Positions 1-10,055 of a stretch of DNA of 64,000 bases are shown here, one piece after another. The stretch is from Chlamydiales bacterium (GTDB lineage Bacteria > Chlamydiota > Chlamydiia > Chlamydiales > JAAZZY01), in the NCBI GenBank assembly GCA_965206695.1, contig CBDBKM010000010.1:128001-192000 (forward strand), written 5' to 3'. Under the pieces are notes generated by a model, which saw nothing but the letters and a program-made list of their open reading frames with translations, was not told where the DNA came from and searched no databases. The translations under genes were made by a program, and so were the position numbers. Each line of letters begins with the position of its first letter. Positions within the stretch are counted from its first letter, which is position 1.

Positions 1-1236
1 TTTCTGATCTGTATTATCAGAGGCTTCACGGAGATTATTTGTTATCTGTTCTAGGTTGCATTCTTTCAAATACTCCTTAAATTCGTGATTAATACTATGT
101 TTGCTGATACCTTGAGATTTTAATATTTCATGCAGTTGATTGAGTATGATATCTTTTTGAGGAAAATTATTCGATGATTTGGCTTGATATGCCAATTGAT
201 AAATTGGTTTTCTTAATTGGATGTTAGTAGTATCGTTACTGATATCATCCAAATAGATCTTCAACGGTATTTTGGCAGACGCAATCTGTGTTTTTACTTC
301 GTTGATATCGACTTCTTGCATCAAATCATTGAAATCCGTGAGCTTTTTGTTGTTACAAGCATCAGGAAATAGGGGTATGGCGATTTTACAATTATATTGA
401 GCTGCGACTTGCAATGCAGTGGTTCGTCCCGGGTTGTTAGCAGTATGAGTATCATTATCGGCACAAATCACAATTTCAGAACCAGGAAATGTTTGCCTCA
501 ATTGTTTCACAACAGGATTGATATTACCACAATCAAAAGCAACTACAGTAGTTTTCTTCATCGCTGAATAACAACTACAAGCAGTCGAGTAACCTTCAGC
601 TACCTGAATAGGATCTCCATTTGTAATCGTTCCCAATACCATAAAATTACCTTTCTTATTTCCTCCAGAAAGAAAAGCTTTATAAATGCTCCCATCTTCA
701 GTCACTGATATGAATTGAAGTGATTGTATATTTCCTTGAATGTTGTGTAATGGTAGAATCATAGATGGAAATCCTTGAGGATTGTTTCCATATCGTATTC
801 CAACAGGATTAATCTTTTTTATTGCAGCATATTTTTGATATTCTGAAGATGGTGGTATTTCTGAGTTATTTTTCCAGATTTCTTGAGCTTCTAAGGCAAC
901 TTGATTTTTGACTTCTGCAATGACCCTGTCAGCTTTCTCTTTCTTTTTCTTCCAACTTACCTGTAATGCTTCTCGTTCTTCTTTATCAAATATATTTTCG
1001 GTGTTTTCCCATGATTTGAAGATGAATTTAGAGCCATCGCTCCAAGATCCGTAAATCACGATAAGATAATGCTTGCCCTTAGTAGAAATTCCGTCGTAGG
1101 CAACGTACCATTCGTCACGTTTGTTGTGTTTATGATCTTTTGAAAAGCGATGAATTTTGCCATCGCATTCAATAACGTCATCATAAGGTATGCCGTTAGT
1201 GGCCATGTGTTGATATAATGCTTCCAGGTTACTCAT
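1..1236 (-). CDS. Toprim-domain primase (TraC/P4-like) of a mobile element; runs off the window start
   Basis: Hand translation from ATG at 1236: MSNLEALYQHMATNG...LPLHNIQGNIQSLQFI...GGNKKGNF...VAEGYSTA...VAFDCGN...ICADND...NPG...TDFNDL. These are Toprim motifs typical of phage/plasmid primases. Absent from the ORF track because it is open at the edge. Confidence 0.85.
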   Translation of the reverse strand, partial: MSNLEALYQHMATNGIPYDDVIECDGKIHRFSKDHKHNKRDEWYVAYDGISTKGKHYLIVIYGSWSDGSKFIFKSWENTENIFDKEEREALQVSWKKKKEKADRVIAEVKNQVALEAQEIWKNNSEIPPSSEYQKYAAIKKINPVGIRYGNNPQGFPSMILPLHNIQGNIQSLQFISVTEDGSIYKAFLSGGNKKGNFMVLGTITNGDPIQVAEGYSTACSCYSAMKKTTVVAFDCGNINPVVKQLRQTFPGSEIVICADNDTHTANNPGRTTALQVAAQYNCKIAIPLFPDACNNKKLTDFNDLMQEVDINEVKTQIASAKIPLKIYLDDISNDTTNIQLRKPIYQLAYQAKSSNNFPQKDIILNQLHEILKSQGISKHSINHEFKEYLKECNLEQITNNLREASDNTDQK

Positions 1237-1257
1237 TTGTTACTTCCTTGTTATGAG

Positions 1258-1521
1258 TTAATCGTTACTAAAAAGTTCTTGAGCTTTGTTACAAATGCTA
1301 TGTTCTATTTCTCGGCTTAATTTAGGTTCTATTGGATGACATATTGTTATATTGTGTTTACCAATCTTTTTGCCGGGATAGGTGATACGATATCCGGAGC
1401 CGTTTAATTTACGATGTATTCCAATAGATGAAATATATAGACGATTATCAATCTCTATACTTGCAAAAGCTATGAGACCATTACTTGGGCGTATTGGTAG
1501 TATTTCTATTTTTGTAATCAT
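1258..1521 (-). CDS. SpoVG-like nucleic-acid-binding protein
   Basis: 87 aa; ITKIEILP..GLIAFASIEIDNRLYISSIGIH..GYRITYP...ICHPI follows the SpoVG pattern. Confidence 0.7.
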   Translation of the reverse strand: MITKIEILPIRPSNGLIAFASIEIDNRLYISSIGIHRKLNGSGYRITYPGKKIGKHNITICHPIEPKLSREIEHSICNKAQELFSND

Positions 1522-1719
1522 AATTTGTTACCTGTTTACGTTGATCTATAAGAAGAAGTAATTCAAAAAATTGACCCAAGCAGTTACTATTATTTTTTGT
1601 ATCTAAAGGTGTTTGATTTTTATTTGGTTGTTTATGCAATTTTTTCATGGCACAATTTGTTTAATTCGACCCTTACATATAACATATGGGGTGCTTTTAT
1701 CTTGCTGTATGCCTATAAA

Positions 1720-1812
1720 TGGGAATAGCTTATGAAAATGAGGGTCTTTAATGGGAATGGCAAGCAAATTTGTGGGAATGAGCCTTGATTTTATGGGAAT
1801 GGCATGGAAATA
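1720..1812. repeat. Phased direct repeats TGGGAAT (iteron- or operator-like)
   Basis: GGGAAT begins at 1721, 1753, 1774 and 1795 (spacing 32/21/21 bp), with variants TGAAAAT and TGGAAAT. Lies between divergent genes. Confidence 0.6.
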
Positions 1813-1867
1813 TAAAATTGTGTTGAGTAAACAAAGTATTAAAATTGTAATGTAGGATGTAAATATT

Positions 1868-3130
1868 ATGAGTACGTTAGTAGATTCTCAAAGCCTTATT
1901 ATTGATAATCTGCTTCAATTTGAAAAAGAATGTGTTGATATTACAAGCCGTAATGAATTAGTGGTTGTTTTTTGCCAAAGAGTCATTCCATTTTTACAAA
2001 AGAGTATTGCTTTAAAACCCTTGATAGACCGATGGCGTCAGGATAGAGAATGTTTGAATTATGATTACAAAGAATCTGAAAAAACAGCATTAGATAAATT
2101 TATAAAGATCTTTGAAAAAGTAAGGAGAAGATTAGGGGCGGATATTAGTGATACCCTTATTAAGAGGATTGCTCGTGTAGAAAATACAATCAAAGGAAAG
2201 GAAGGATATCTGTATATTTTACCGCCTCTTCATGATGTTGTTTTTGATGAGTTAAAGTATTTATTCAATTGCTTATTGAATGAAGGATATACAGACTTAT
2301 GCGAACGGTTTGTTAAAATTGGTACGGTTAGAGAATATGATCCATCTATAGAAAAATGGGTAGATAACCCGTGTGTGAGTGAGTATACTTTTGCTGAATG
2401 TTTAGAAGATGTCTCTGCTAGAAGAAAAGCAATTCTCTGGGATCAAGTTCATGATCCTGTTGTCGTATGGTGGTATTTTGAAAGTGCGTTATGGTTTTGG
2501 AATACACCAAAATCTTATTTTGATACGCCTAGGCCGAAGTTAAACACTAAGAAAGCTTGTGAAAAGCATGCCAAAGCTCTTGGTAGTGTCGGCGGATGGA
2601 GTGAAATAGCAAGTGTACAAGACAAATCTCTATATATGAAAGAGCCGATTATTTTTACTGACCGCTTATTTAAACAAGGGTTATTAACTGTAATTACTGC
2701 TGTCAGGGAGTTTTTTTCTAGTCTTTGTCAAAATAAAGAGCTTGGTGATCGAGAAGTAACTGTCGAATTAAGTTTAGATGCAGGTGATAAAGGATTGGAT
2801 AGAGATGCATTATGGTTGTCAGTGATTATTGCAGGTGAAGCTACTAAGAAATATTGCTTAAAGAAATTTAATGATGGTCAGAGACCTTATGAATTTATCA
2901 AATTGTTATTCGATAAATATCCTAAAGGAGGAGAGGTTGAAGTTGATCTTAGAGAATCAGAGTCTATTCCAAAATTCATCGGACGTCTTGGATTCACTGG
3001 TGAGCTAAAAAAGATATTTTTCGGACGATCTCAAGGAAACAGGGTCATGTTTAAGGGAACGATTTTAACAGGATTTAAAAAGAATATTAAACACCGTTTG
3101 GTTTCTGACTTTATGAAATTAACTATATAG
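1868..3130 (+). CDS. Hypothetical protein (420 aa), island-encoded
   Basis: Long open ORF with no family recognised. Confidence 0.75.
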   Translation: MSTLVDSQSLIIDNLLQFEKECVDITSRNELVVVFCQRVIPFLQKSIALKPLIDRWRQDRECLNYDYKESEKTALDKFIKIFEKVRRRLGADISDTLIKRIARVENTIKGKEGYLYILPPLHDVVFDELKYLFNCLLNEGYTDLCERFVKIGTVREYDPSIEKWVDNPCVSEYTFAECLEDVSARRKAILWDQVHDPVVVWWYFESALWFWNTPKSYFDTPRPKLNTKKACEKHAKALGSVGGWSEIASVQDKSLYMKEPIIFTDRLFKQGLLTVITAVREFFSSLCQNKELGDREVTVELSLDAGDKGLDRDALWLSVIIAGEATKKYCLKKFNDGQRPYEFIKLLFDKYPKGGEVEVDLRESESIPKFIGRLGFTGELKKIFFGRSQGNRVMFKGTILTGFKKNIKHRLVSDFMKLTI

Positions 3131-3310
3131 TTAATGCTGTTTTATAGATTATTATTGAATTTCTATTAAACAAATTGTATGTAACTAAAAAAAATGCAGC
3201 TTATTTGGTAGGAGGTTCTATTAGTTTATTAAAAGAAGCAGATTTTTCCGATTGGATAAATTTTGTAGTTACTCCGCCTCCTCATTCATTAAATGTTACC
3301 CCCTGAATGG

Positions 3311-6300
3311 TTACGAAATATCAAAGAATCTTTCAAAAAAACTTATCAATTTACTTATAACACTTTCACGTTTTTTTGTGCGCTCACCAGTTGGAGAAAA
3401 GCGGGATACTGCTGGTAAAACTTTAGTGATGGCTGTGCCAATTGTTACTACACTACCATTACGGAACGAATTTTGTACAAATGCATAGGTCGCATCGTGG
3501 TCAAGATTTTCATTGGTAATAATTTGTTCAAGTTCTTCTATTTTTTTTTCTTCAACAAACTCCTGCCAATCGTCATCAACCACAGACTGTATATCGAGCG
3601 AAGAGATAAACTGGTGGATTAGATCTTTTTTATTGCGTAGTTCGACGCTAGAGTCTATTGCTTTGTTGATATCGATCAATAGTTTACGATTTTTAATGTG
3701 ATCTTCATGATATTTATTGACGAGTCTTAACACATAATCAATGTTGATCTCAATCTGTTTGATTAGCTCCATTTCAAAGACAACGTCATCGTTGATGTTT
3801 TCTTTTTCGCTATTCTCTCCTTTGCGAAATTCGTTGTATAGGTCAATGTAGGTGCTGTGGTAATCTTGTATGTCTCGTTCAGTCAAAATTTCGTTATCGG
3901 CAAATTCATCAAAAGTAACTAAAATATTACGCACGCGTAAAATCCCACCGTACAGCCTGATAAACTCTTTTTGATCCTGTTCGCTAATAAGAGGCTCACC
4001 AATCGGGAATTTTTTCAAAAGTTCCTCGACTAAACTTCTGTATCCACGCACTTCTTTTTCTCCATCTTTGTAGCCGTTGTAGTACTCATCATAAGATCTC
4101 AAAAGCACAATTCCACTAGCTTCTTTATCGCCAAAGAGTGCAATAGATTCGTTAGTTGCTTTCTCTAGGTTACGGAAGCAGATAATGTTTCCGAAGACCT
4201 TCACTCTGTTTAAAATACGATTTGTGCGCGAATATGCTTGGAGCAAGCCATGTGATCGCAAGTTTTTATCTACCCATAGAGTATTAAGTGTTGTGGCATC
4301 AAAGCCCGTCAAAAACATATTAACCACTAAAAGAATGTCAACCTCGCGATTTTTTACTCGCAAGCTTAAATCTTTGTAGTAATTTTGAAATTTATCGGAT
4401 GAAGTATTGTAAGATGTGCTAAACATTGCATTGTAGTCTGTGATGGCGTTCTCAAGAAAATCTCTTGAGCTTGCATCCAGTCCGCTTGTATCTTCCGAAT
4501 TTTCGTCGATCACTTCATCCGCATTATCTTCATTATTTACTCCAAAACTGTAAATCAGTGCCACCTTCAGCTTTTTATCGCTTGGCAGATCAGACATCTG
4601 TTTTTGGAATTCAGCGTAATATTTTTTTGCCACATCAATTGAAGAAACGGCAAAAATCGAGTTAAACCCAGCCAGTCGGCGATTTTTTAATTTATAAAAG
4701 TTATTTCGCTTGGTTTTTTGGTCAAAATGCTCAAGGATGTAGCTCACGATATTTGTTAAACGTTCAGGTGCTACAAGTGCCTTCTCACGGTCTATATCGC
4801 TTACTTTTTTGTCCTCAATATCCTCGGCTTTACGCATGGTAGAAACATAATCAACCTTAAACGGTAACACATTTTTATCGGCAATGGCATCTACAATGGT
4901 GTAGATATGTAACTTATCGCCAAAAGCCTGTTCTGTGGTTTTGAAATTAGGGCGACCGCCGGAAGAAGAGTTTGCAGCAAAAATCGGCGTACCGGTAAAA
5001 CCGAAGAGGTGATAATTTTTGAACGCTTTGGTAATAGCCGCATGCATATCACCAAATTGCGAACGATGACATTCATCAAAAATCAGTACGATATGCCCAT
5101 CAAAAATAGTGTGCCCCTTATTCCGCCTAATAAATCGGTCGAGTTTCTGAATGGTAGTAATAATAATACGCGTGTTCGAGTCTTCGAGTTGACGTTTCAA
5201 AATCGCTGTACTAGTATTGCTATTGGCTGAACCTTTTTCAAACCTGTCATACTCGCGCATGGTTTGATAGTCGAGGTCCTTACGATCGACAACAAACAAC
5301 ACCTTGTCTACATCGGGTAATTTACTTGCAAGCTGTGCTGTTTTGAAGCTGGTCAATGTTTTCCCTGATCCGGTAGTGTGCCAAATGTATCCGCCTGCTT
5401 CCAAGGTGCCGAGCTTTTTATAGTTTGTGCTGACTTCAATTTTACTCAATATTTTTTCTGTCGCCACGATTTGATAAGGGCGCATTGCTAAAAGCTGTTG
5501 ATCAGTCGTAAATACACAATAACGAGTCAAAATATTCAACAGTGTGTGCTTGGCAAAAAACGTTTTACCAAAATCCACCAAGTCGATAATTGGTCTATTG
5601 GTCGCGTCCGCCCACCAACTGGTAAACTCAAAATTGTTGCTGGAACGTTTTCCTTTTTTTACCGCACCTTCACTCACTTCTTTGATATGACCTGATCTCG
5701 TGGTGTTGCTGTAGTATTTGGTGTGCGTACCGTTTGAAATAACAAATAGTTGCACGTATTCAAACAGACCAGAACCTGCCCAAAAACTCTCCCGCTGATA
5801 GCGATTGATTTGATTGAACGCTTCCTGAATGGCTATCCCACGTCGTTTCAGCTCAACATGCACGAGTGGCAAACCGTTCATAAGAACTGTCACATCATAA
5901 CGATTCTTACGTTGACCTTCTTCGGTGGCGTATTGGTTTATGACCTGCAGGCTGTTATTGTGGATCTTGTCTTTGCGCAAAAGGTAGACGTTTTTTACTG
6001 TGCCGTCATCGTGCGTTAAATTTTTAATGTAATCGTCTTGTATGGTCGCTGTTTTTTCAGCTATGTTGTGATTGGGATTTCCAATTTCGCTCGTAAAAAA
6101 ATGATCCCATTCGGTACTGGTGAATTCAAAATTATTCAGCTTCTCTAACTGTTTACGGAGGTTTTTCGTAAGATCTGTTTCTGCAGTGATGTTTAAATAC
6201 TCATAAGCCTGTTTGCCTAGCAGTTCAATAAAGGCAAGCTCAAGCTCCGCTTCGCTTTGGTAGTGCGTGGCACGCTTTTTGTCCAGTGTATATTCTGCCA

Positions 6301-6355
6301 TGACCGTGCTTCGCGGGTTTTTCGCTACCAGATTGTATTTGTTATTGTTTTGCAT
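3311..6355 (-). CDS. hsdR: Type I restriction enzyme R subunit (EcoR124/IC-like)
   Basis: Nuclease motif RYDVTVLMNGLPLVHVELK; Walker A HTTGSGKT; DECHRS; FTGTP; MFLTGFD; QAYSRTNR. Confidence 0.97.
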   Translation of the reverse strand: MQNNNKYNLVAKNPRSTVMAEYTLDKKRATHYQSEAELELAFIELLGKQAYEYLNITAETDLTKNLRKQLEKLNNFEFTSTEWDHFFTSEIGNPNHNIAEKTATIQDDYIKNLTHDDGTVKNVYLLRKDKIHNNSLQVINQYATEEGQRKNRYDVTVLMNGLPLVHVELKRRGIAIQEAFNQINRYQRESFWAGSGLFEYVQLFVISNGTHTKYYSNTTRSGHIKEVSEGAVKKGKRSSNNFEFTSWWADATNRPIIDLVDFGKTFFAKHTLLNILTRYCVFTTDQQLLAMRPYQIVATEKILSKIEVSTNYKKLGTLEAGGYIWHTTGSGKTLTSFKTAQLASKLPDVDKVLFVVDRKDLDYQTMREYDRFEKGSANSNTSTAILKRQLEDSNTRIIITTIQKLDRFIRRNKGHTIFDGHIVLIFDECHRSQFGDMHAAITKAFKNYHLFGFTGTPIFAANSSSGGRPNFKTTEQAFGDKLHIYTIVDAIADKNVLPFKVDYVSTMRKAEDIEDKKVSDIDREKALVAPERLTNIVSYILEHFDQKTKRNNFYKLKNRRLAGFNSIFAVSSIDVAKKYYAEFQKQMSDLPSDKKLKVALIYSFGVNNEDNADEVIDENSEDTSGLDASSRDFLENAITDYNAMFSTSYNTSSDKFQNYYKDLSLRVKNREVDILLVVNMFLTGFDATTLNTLWVDKNLRSHGLLQAYSRTNRILNRVKVFGNIICFRNLEKATNESIALFGDKEASGIVLLRSYDEYYNGYKDGEKEVRGYRSLVEELLKKFPIGEPLISEQDQKEFIRLYGGILRVRNILVTFDEFADNEILTERDIQDYHSTYIDLYNEFRKGENSEKENINDDVVFEMELIKQIEINIDYVLRLVNKYHEDHIKNRKLLIDINKAIDSSVELRNKKDLIHQFISSLDIQSVVDDDWQEFVEEKKIEELEQIITNENLDHDATYAFVQNSFRNGSVVTIGTAITKVLPAVSRFSPTGERTKKRESVISKLISFFERFFDIS

Positions 6356-6790
6356 ATTCTTTTTCTTTGAAAGTTAAAAGTTTCTCTCGGTAGAATTCGT
6401 ATTGTGATCTGCGTGCGGAGAGTTCAGCCGGCAAGCCGATAGAAATGTCGTTAACGAGTGCGTTGAATTTGTCTAGGATAAAAACGATGCGTTCTTGTTC
6501 CGTAAAAGGAGGTAAAGGAATTTCAATCTGATTGAGATTTTTTTGGTTCAGTTTTGGTTGAGCAGCCCCGGAAATATATGAACTTAAGTCCATTGAATTC
6601 AGGTATATTTCCACGAATCTCTGAGTCGTCGCACTATCAAACTGAAGAATATGCGCATGATTATTTACCCATGTCTTTCCAGAGATAGAGAATGCTATGG
6701 GGGGAGTCTTACGAGCTAGTAAATTTGCCCCATCTTCAGATATAAGCAAATAGTTGTTGTCGAAAATATAATCACTCACATAATCAACTT
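6342..6790 (-). pseudogene. hsdS: hsdS 3' part: second TRD lacking its N-terminal segment, plus distal conserved region
   Basis: (VDY)VSDYIFDNNYLLISEDGANL..WVNNHAH..GAAQPKLNQ..IPLPPFTEQERIV..GLPAELSARRSQYEFYREKLLTF; out of frame with the 5' half. Confidence 0.85.
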
Positions 6791-7426
6791 ATTAGACATC
6801 AACAACTCATTCCGATAATACTCATACTGTTTCTGTCTTGCTTCCAGTTCTGCTTCCAGCTCTGCTTCCAGCTCTGCTTCCAGCTCTGCTTCCAGCTCTA
6901 TAAAAGTATTAAGAATTTTGACAATTTCTTCTTGAACGGCAAGGGGCGGGAGGGGGATTTTAATAGCTCTCACATTACTTGAATTAGTTGATGCAAATGT
7001 AGAGCCAGTAGACGTTCTTGCAAGTTTTTGTCCAAGTATTTGCATGATATAAAACAGATACATACTCAAAACATTCTTGGTTGTATGAATTGAACACAAA
7101 CCACGCCCGATACATATTTTTCGATCAGTGTAATTGACTGCACCGACAGGTGCCCGAACACTCATCAATACACTGTTCGCTTCAGCGATTTTTGCAGGCT
7201 TTGATGTATATTGCGCAGAATTTGTAATGATAAAACTTGTAAAGTGGGTTTTCCCTTGATGGAATTCAATTCCAGATTTATTAGTTGATACAGACATTCC
7301 GTCAGGTGATTGTCCCATGATAATACGAAAATAATCCGAGTCTCCCAATTCCTTAAACTCAACCCCCTCAGGACAAAGCTCATCAATCAGTTTTTCAATT
7401 TTGCTTACGTGTTTTGTCATAGTCAT
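6776..7426 (-). CDS. hsdS: hsdS 5' half: TRD1 plus central conserved region with ELEA repeats
   Basis: SKIEKLIDELCPEGVEFKELG..GQSP..VRAPVG..IGRGL..IPLPPLAVQEEIVKIL..(ELEA)5 RQKQYEYYRNELL. Confidence 0.9.
   Translation of the reverse strand: MTMTKHVSKIEKLIDELCPEGVEFKELGDSDYFRIIMGQSPDGMSVSTNKSGIEFHQGKTHFTSFIITNSAQYTSKPAKIAEANSVLMSVRAPVGAVNYTDRKICIGRGLCSIHTTKNVLSMYLFYIMQILGQKLARTSTGSTFASTNSSNVRAIKIPLPPLAVQEEIVKILNTFIELEAELEAELEAELEAELEARQKQYEYYRNELLMSNKLIM
6839..6898. repeat. 12-bp tandem repeat x5 (TGCTTCCAGCTC) encoding ELEA in hsdS
   Basis: Read directly; first unit has one mismatch. Confidence 0.95.
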
Positions 7427-8442
7427 TTCTTTGGTTTTGGCTCTTTCACTTTTTTCTCAACTTTTCTCTGGACGGTTTTGATGCTGTCTAGATACGCCAC
7501 CTCTACAGGCGAAAGAGTCTTAACCTGATACTTTGTGTATTCGGAATGGGCTTTGGCTTCCGCTTCTATGTGGCTAACCTTTCCGGCATTGTTTAATACG
7601 GCACGGTCCATCGAGGAAATTAATTTATCGAGTTGATGGATATAGTTTTGCATTGCCGTGGGCTTTTGATCTAATGCGCGCAATTCCGCGATATCAAAAT
7701 ACGCTGAAACAACATTATTTAATTTTTTTATCTCTATCTCGGATAGATAATTTTTTGCAACCGTTACATCCGTCTTGCGAATGCCATCCTTACCAAAAGT
7801 CATCAGCCCCATAAATGGCTTGTCTGCATTGACTCGTTCATATATCAATTCGGCGGCTGTTTTGCCATTTGCAGCATAGTGCAGTTTATTCTGCACGATC
7901 GCAAAAAAACTTTTAGATTCGTTGCCCTTTGGATCGTAGTCTACACTCGTCGCATAGAGGTCGAGTACCTGGCGGTAAAGGACTTTCTCACTGCTTCGAA
8001 TATCACGAATCCTATTCAACAGTTCCTTCCAATACATGCCACCACCAACATTCTTCAGGCGTTTATCGTCCATGGTGAAGCCTTTGATGATGTATTCGCG
8101 CAGGCGTGCGGTAGCCCAGATGCGAAAATCTGTTGCAATAGAGGATTTTATCCGGTAGCCAAGAGATATAATCATATCAAGATTATAGTGTTCAACATCG
8201 TAGTTTTTTCCGTCTGTGGCAGTTGTTCGGAATTTCCGAACAACTGAATCGCGTTGTAATTCTTCCTCTTCAAAAATATGCTTTATATGTTCGCTAACAT
8301 TTGCTTTGCTTGACGCAAAGAGTTCAACTATCTTTGCTTGTGGGAGCCACACTGTTTCATTTTCAACGCGGACCTCGATATTCGGCGTGCCATCGGTTGA
8401 TTGGTAGATGATGATTTCATTGTTTGGTTTATTGTTGTTCAT
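7423..8442 (-). CDS. RhuM-family (virulence RhuM) DNA-binding protein
   Basis: ETVWLPQAKIVELF..YNLDMIISLGYRIKS..FRIWAT..GFTMDDKRLK..RIRDIRSSEK..AKNYL. Confidence 0.9.
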   Translation of the reverse strand: MNNNKPNNEIIIYQSTDGTPNIEVRVENETVWLPQAKIVELFASSKANVSEHIKHIFEEEELQRDSVVRKFRTTATDGKNYDVEHYNLDMIISLGYRIKSSIATDFRIWATARLREYIIKGFTMDDKRLKNVGGGMYWKELLNRIRDIRSSEKVLYRQVLDLYATSVDYDPKGNESKSFFAIVQNKLHYAANGKTAAELIYERVNADKPFMGLMTFGKDGIRKTDVTVAKNYLSEIEIKKLNNVVSAYFDIAELRALDQKPTAMQNYIHQLDKLISSMDRAVLNNAGKVSHIEAEAKAHSEYTKYQVKTLSPVEVAYLDSIKTVQRKVEKKVKEPKPKK

Positions 8443-8445
8443 AAG

Positions 8446-10032
8446 TTATTTTTCCCCTTCAATATCAGCTACTATTTCATCAATGGCAGTACGAAGTTCA
8501 TTTTGTCTTGCAACAATCTTCTTGATGCTTGTGTTGAGTTCTGTAATATCTACTACTTCACGAGTGTCTTCCTTCGCAACATAGCTTGATACGGCGATAT
8601 TGTAGCCATTCTCGGCAATGGTTGTATTATCGACAAGTTTGACGAAATATTTTGCGTCTTTACGAGTTGTGAATGCCTCTAAAATTTTAAGGCGATTGTT
8701 CTCACTCAATTTGTTTTTGTTGCCACCACGAGCAAACTCGGCAGAAGCATCAATAAAAAGAATCTTATTATCTTTCTTACTCTTTTTGAGCACGATAATA
8801 CAGGTAGCGATAGTGGTGCCAAAAAAGAGATCTGGTGGTAGCTGAATAACGGCATCTATATAGTTGTTCTCTATAAGATATTTTCTAATTTTACACTCTG
8901 CACCACTACGGTAAAGAACTCCTGGAAATTCGACGATCGCTGCCGTTCCACTAGTAGAGAGCCATGAGAGCATGTGCATGGTAAAAGCGAGATCGGCTTT
9001 GCTCTTTGGTGCCAGTACTCCGGCTGGGGAAAAGCGCGGGTCATTGATGAGAAGCGGGTTCTTGTCACCATCCCATTTGATAGAATAGGGAGGATTGGAA
9101 ACGATAGCGTCAAACGGCTCGTCGTCCCAGTGTTTGGGATCAGTGAGTGTATCGCCATGAGCGATATCAAAATTGTTGTAGTTGATGTTGTGCAGGAACA
9201 TATTGATACGGCAAAGGTTGTAGGTGGTAAGGTTGATTTCCTGTCCGAAGAAACCTAGCCGAACATTTTCTTTCCCGAGGACCTTTTCAAATTTGAGGAG
9301 GAGAGAGCCGGAACCGCAAGCTGGATCGTAAACTTTGTTCACTTCTTTTTTACCGACTGTTGTAATTTCAGCAAGGAGTTCGCTGACTTCTTGTGGAGTG
9401 TAGAACTCACCGCCCGACTTACCGGCATTTGAGGCATACATGGCCATCAGAAATTCATACGCATCACCGAAAGCATCTATGGTGTTGTCTGAGTAGTTTC
9501 CGAGTTGAAGGTCGCTGATAGACTCAAAAAGTTTTGTGAGTTTTTGATTTCGTTTTTCTACATTACCTCCCAGTTTATTAGAGTTTACATCGAGATCATC
9601 AAATAAACCTTTGATATCATCTTCGCTGTTTGCACCTTTTGCAGAATTTTCAATATTACGGAAAACTGCGGTAAGAGTTTCGTTAAGATTGGCGTCATTA
9701 CGAGCATTTTTGCTAACATTTATAAAAAGCTCGCTTGGTAAAATATAAAAACCTTTTTCTTTGACAGTATCGGCCCTGCCGAGCTCAGCTTCTCTATTTG
9801 AAAGCGTGGTGTAGTCAAAATCTTTTTCACCGGTACGGTGTTCATCAGCATTTATATAGTTGGTTAAATTTTCACTAATGAAACGATAAAAGAGCATGCC
9901 GAGTACATACTGCTTGAAATCCCAGCCATCTACACTCCCACGGAGTTCATTGGCTATCTTCCAAATAGCACGATGTAATTCTGAACGCTCTTGCTCTTTA
10001 GTCATATTTAAATTAGGTTCTTTTTTTGCCAT
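8446..10032 (-). CDS. hsdM: Type I R-M N6-adenine methyltransferase M subunit
   Basis: GEFYTPQEVS, YDPACGSGSLL, VSNPPYS. Confidence 0.97.
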   Translation of the reverse strand: MAKKEPNLNMTKEQERSELHRAIWKIANELRGSVDGWDFKQYVLGMLFYRFISENLTNYINADEHRTGEKDFDYTTLSNREAELGRADTVKEKGFYILPSELFINVSKNARNDANLNETLTAVFRNIENSAKGANSEDDIKGLFDDLDVNSNKLGGNVEKRNQKLTKLFESISDLQLGNYSDNTIDAFGDAYEFLMAMYASNAGKSGGEFYTPQEVSELLAEITTVGKKEVNKVYDPACGSGSLLLKFEKVLGKENVRLGFFGQEINLTTYNLCRINMFLHNINYNNFDIAHGDTLTDPKHWDDEPFDAIVSNPPYSIKWDGDKNPLLINDPRFSPAGVLAPKSKADLAFTMHMLSWLSTSGTAAIVEFPGVLYRSGAECKIRKYLIENNYIDAVIQLPPDLFFGTTIATCIIVLKKSKKDNKILFIDASAEFARGGNKNKLSENNRLKILEAFTTRKDAKYFVKLVDNTTIAENGYNIAVSSYVAKEDTREVVDITELNTSIKKIVARQNELRTAIDEIVADIEGEK

Positions 10033-10055
10033 ATTTTTATTTAAGCCATTAGTGT

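Noticed and set aside
7423..8442. RhuM gene inside the Type I R-M operon as a novel system
   Set aside because: RhuM-family genes are commonly found between hsdM and hsdS
3252..9258. Many short ORFs overlapping hsdR, hsdS, rhuM and hsdM on the opposite strand or in other frames
   Set aside because: Shadow ORFs of well-supported genes with no recognisable motifs; the same applies to similar ORFs over core genes elsewhere
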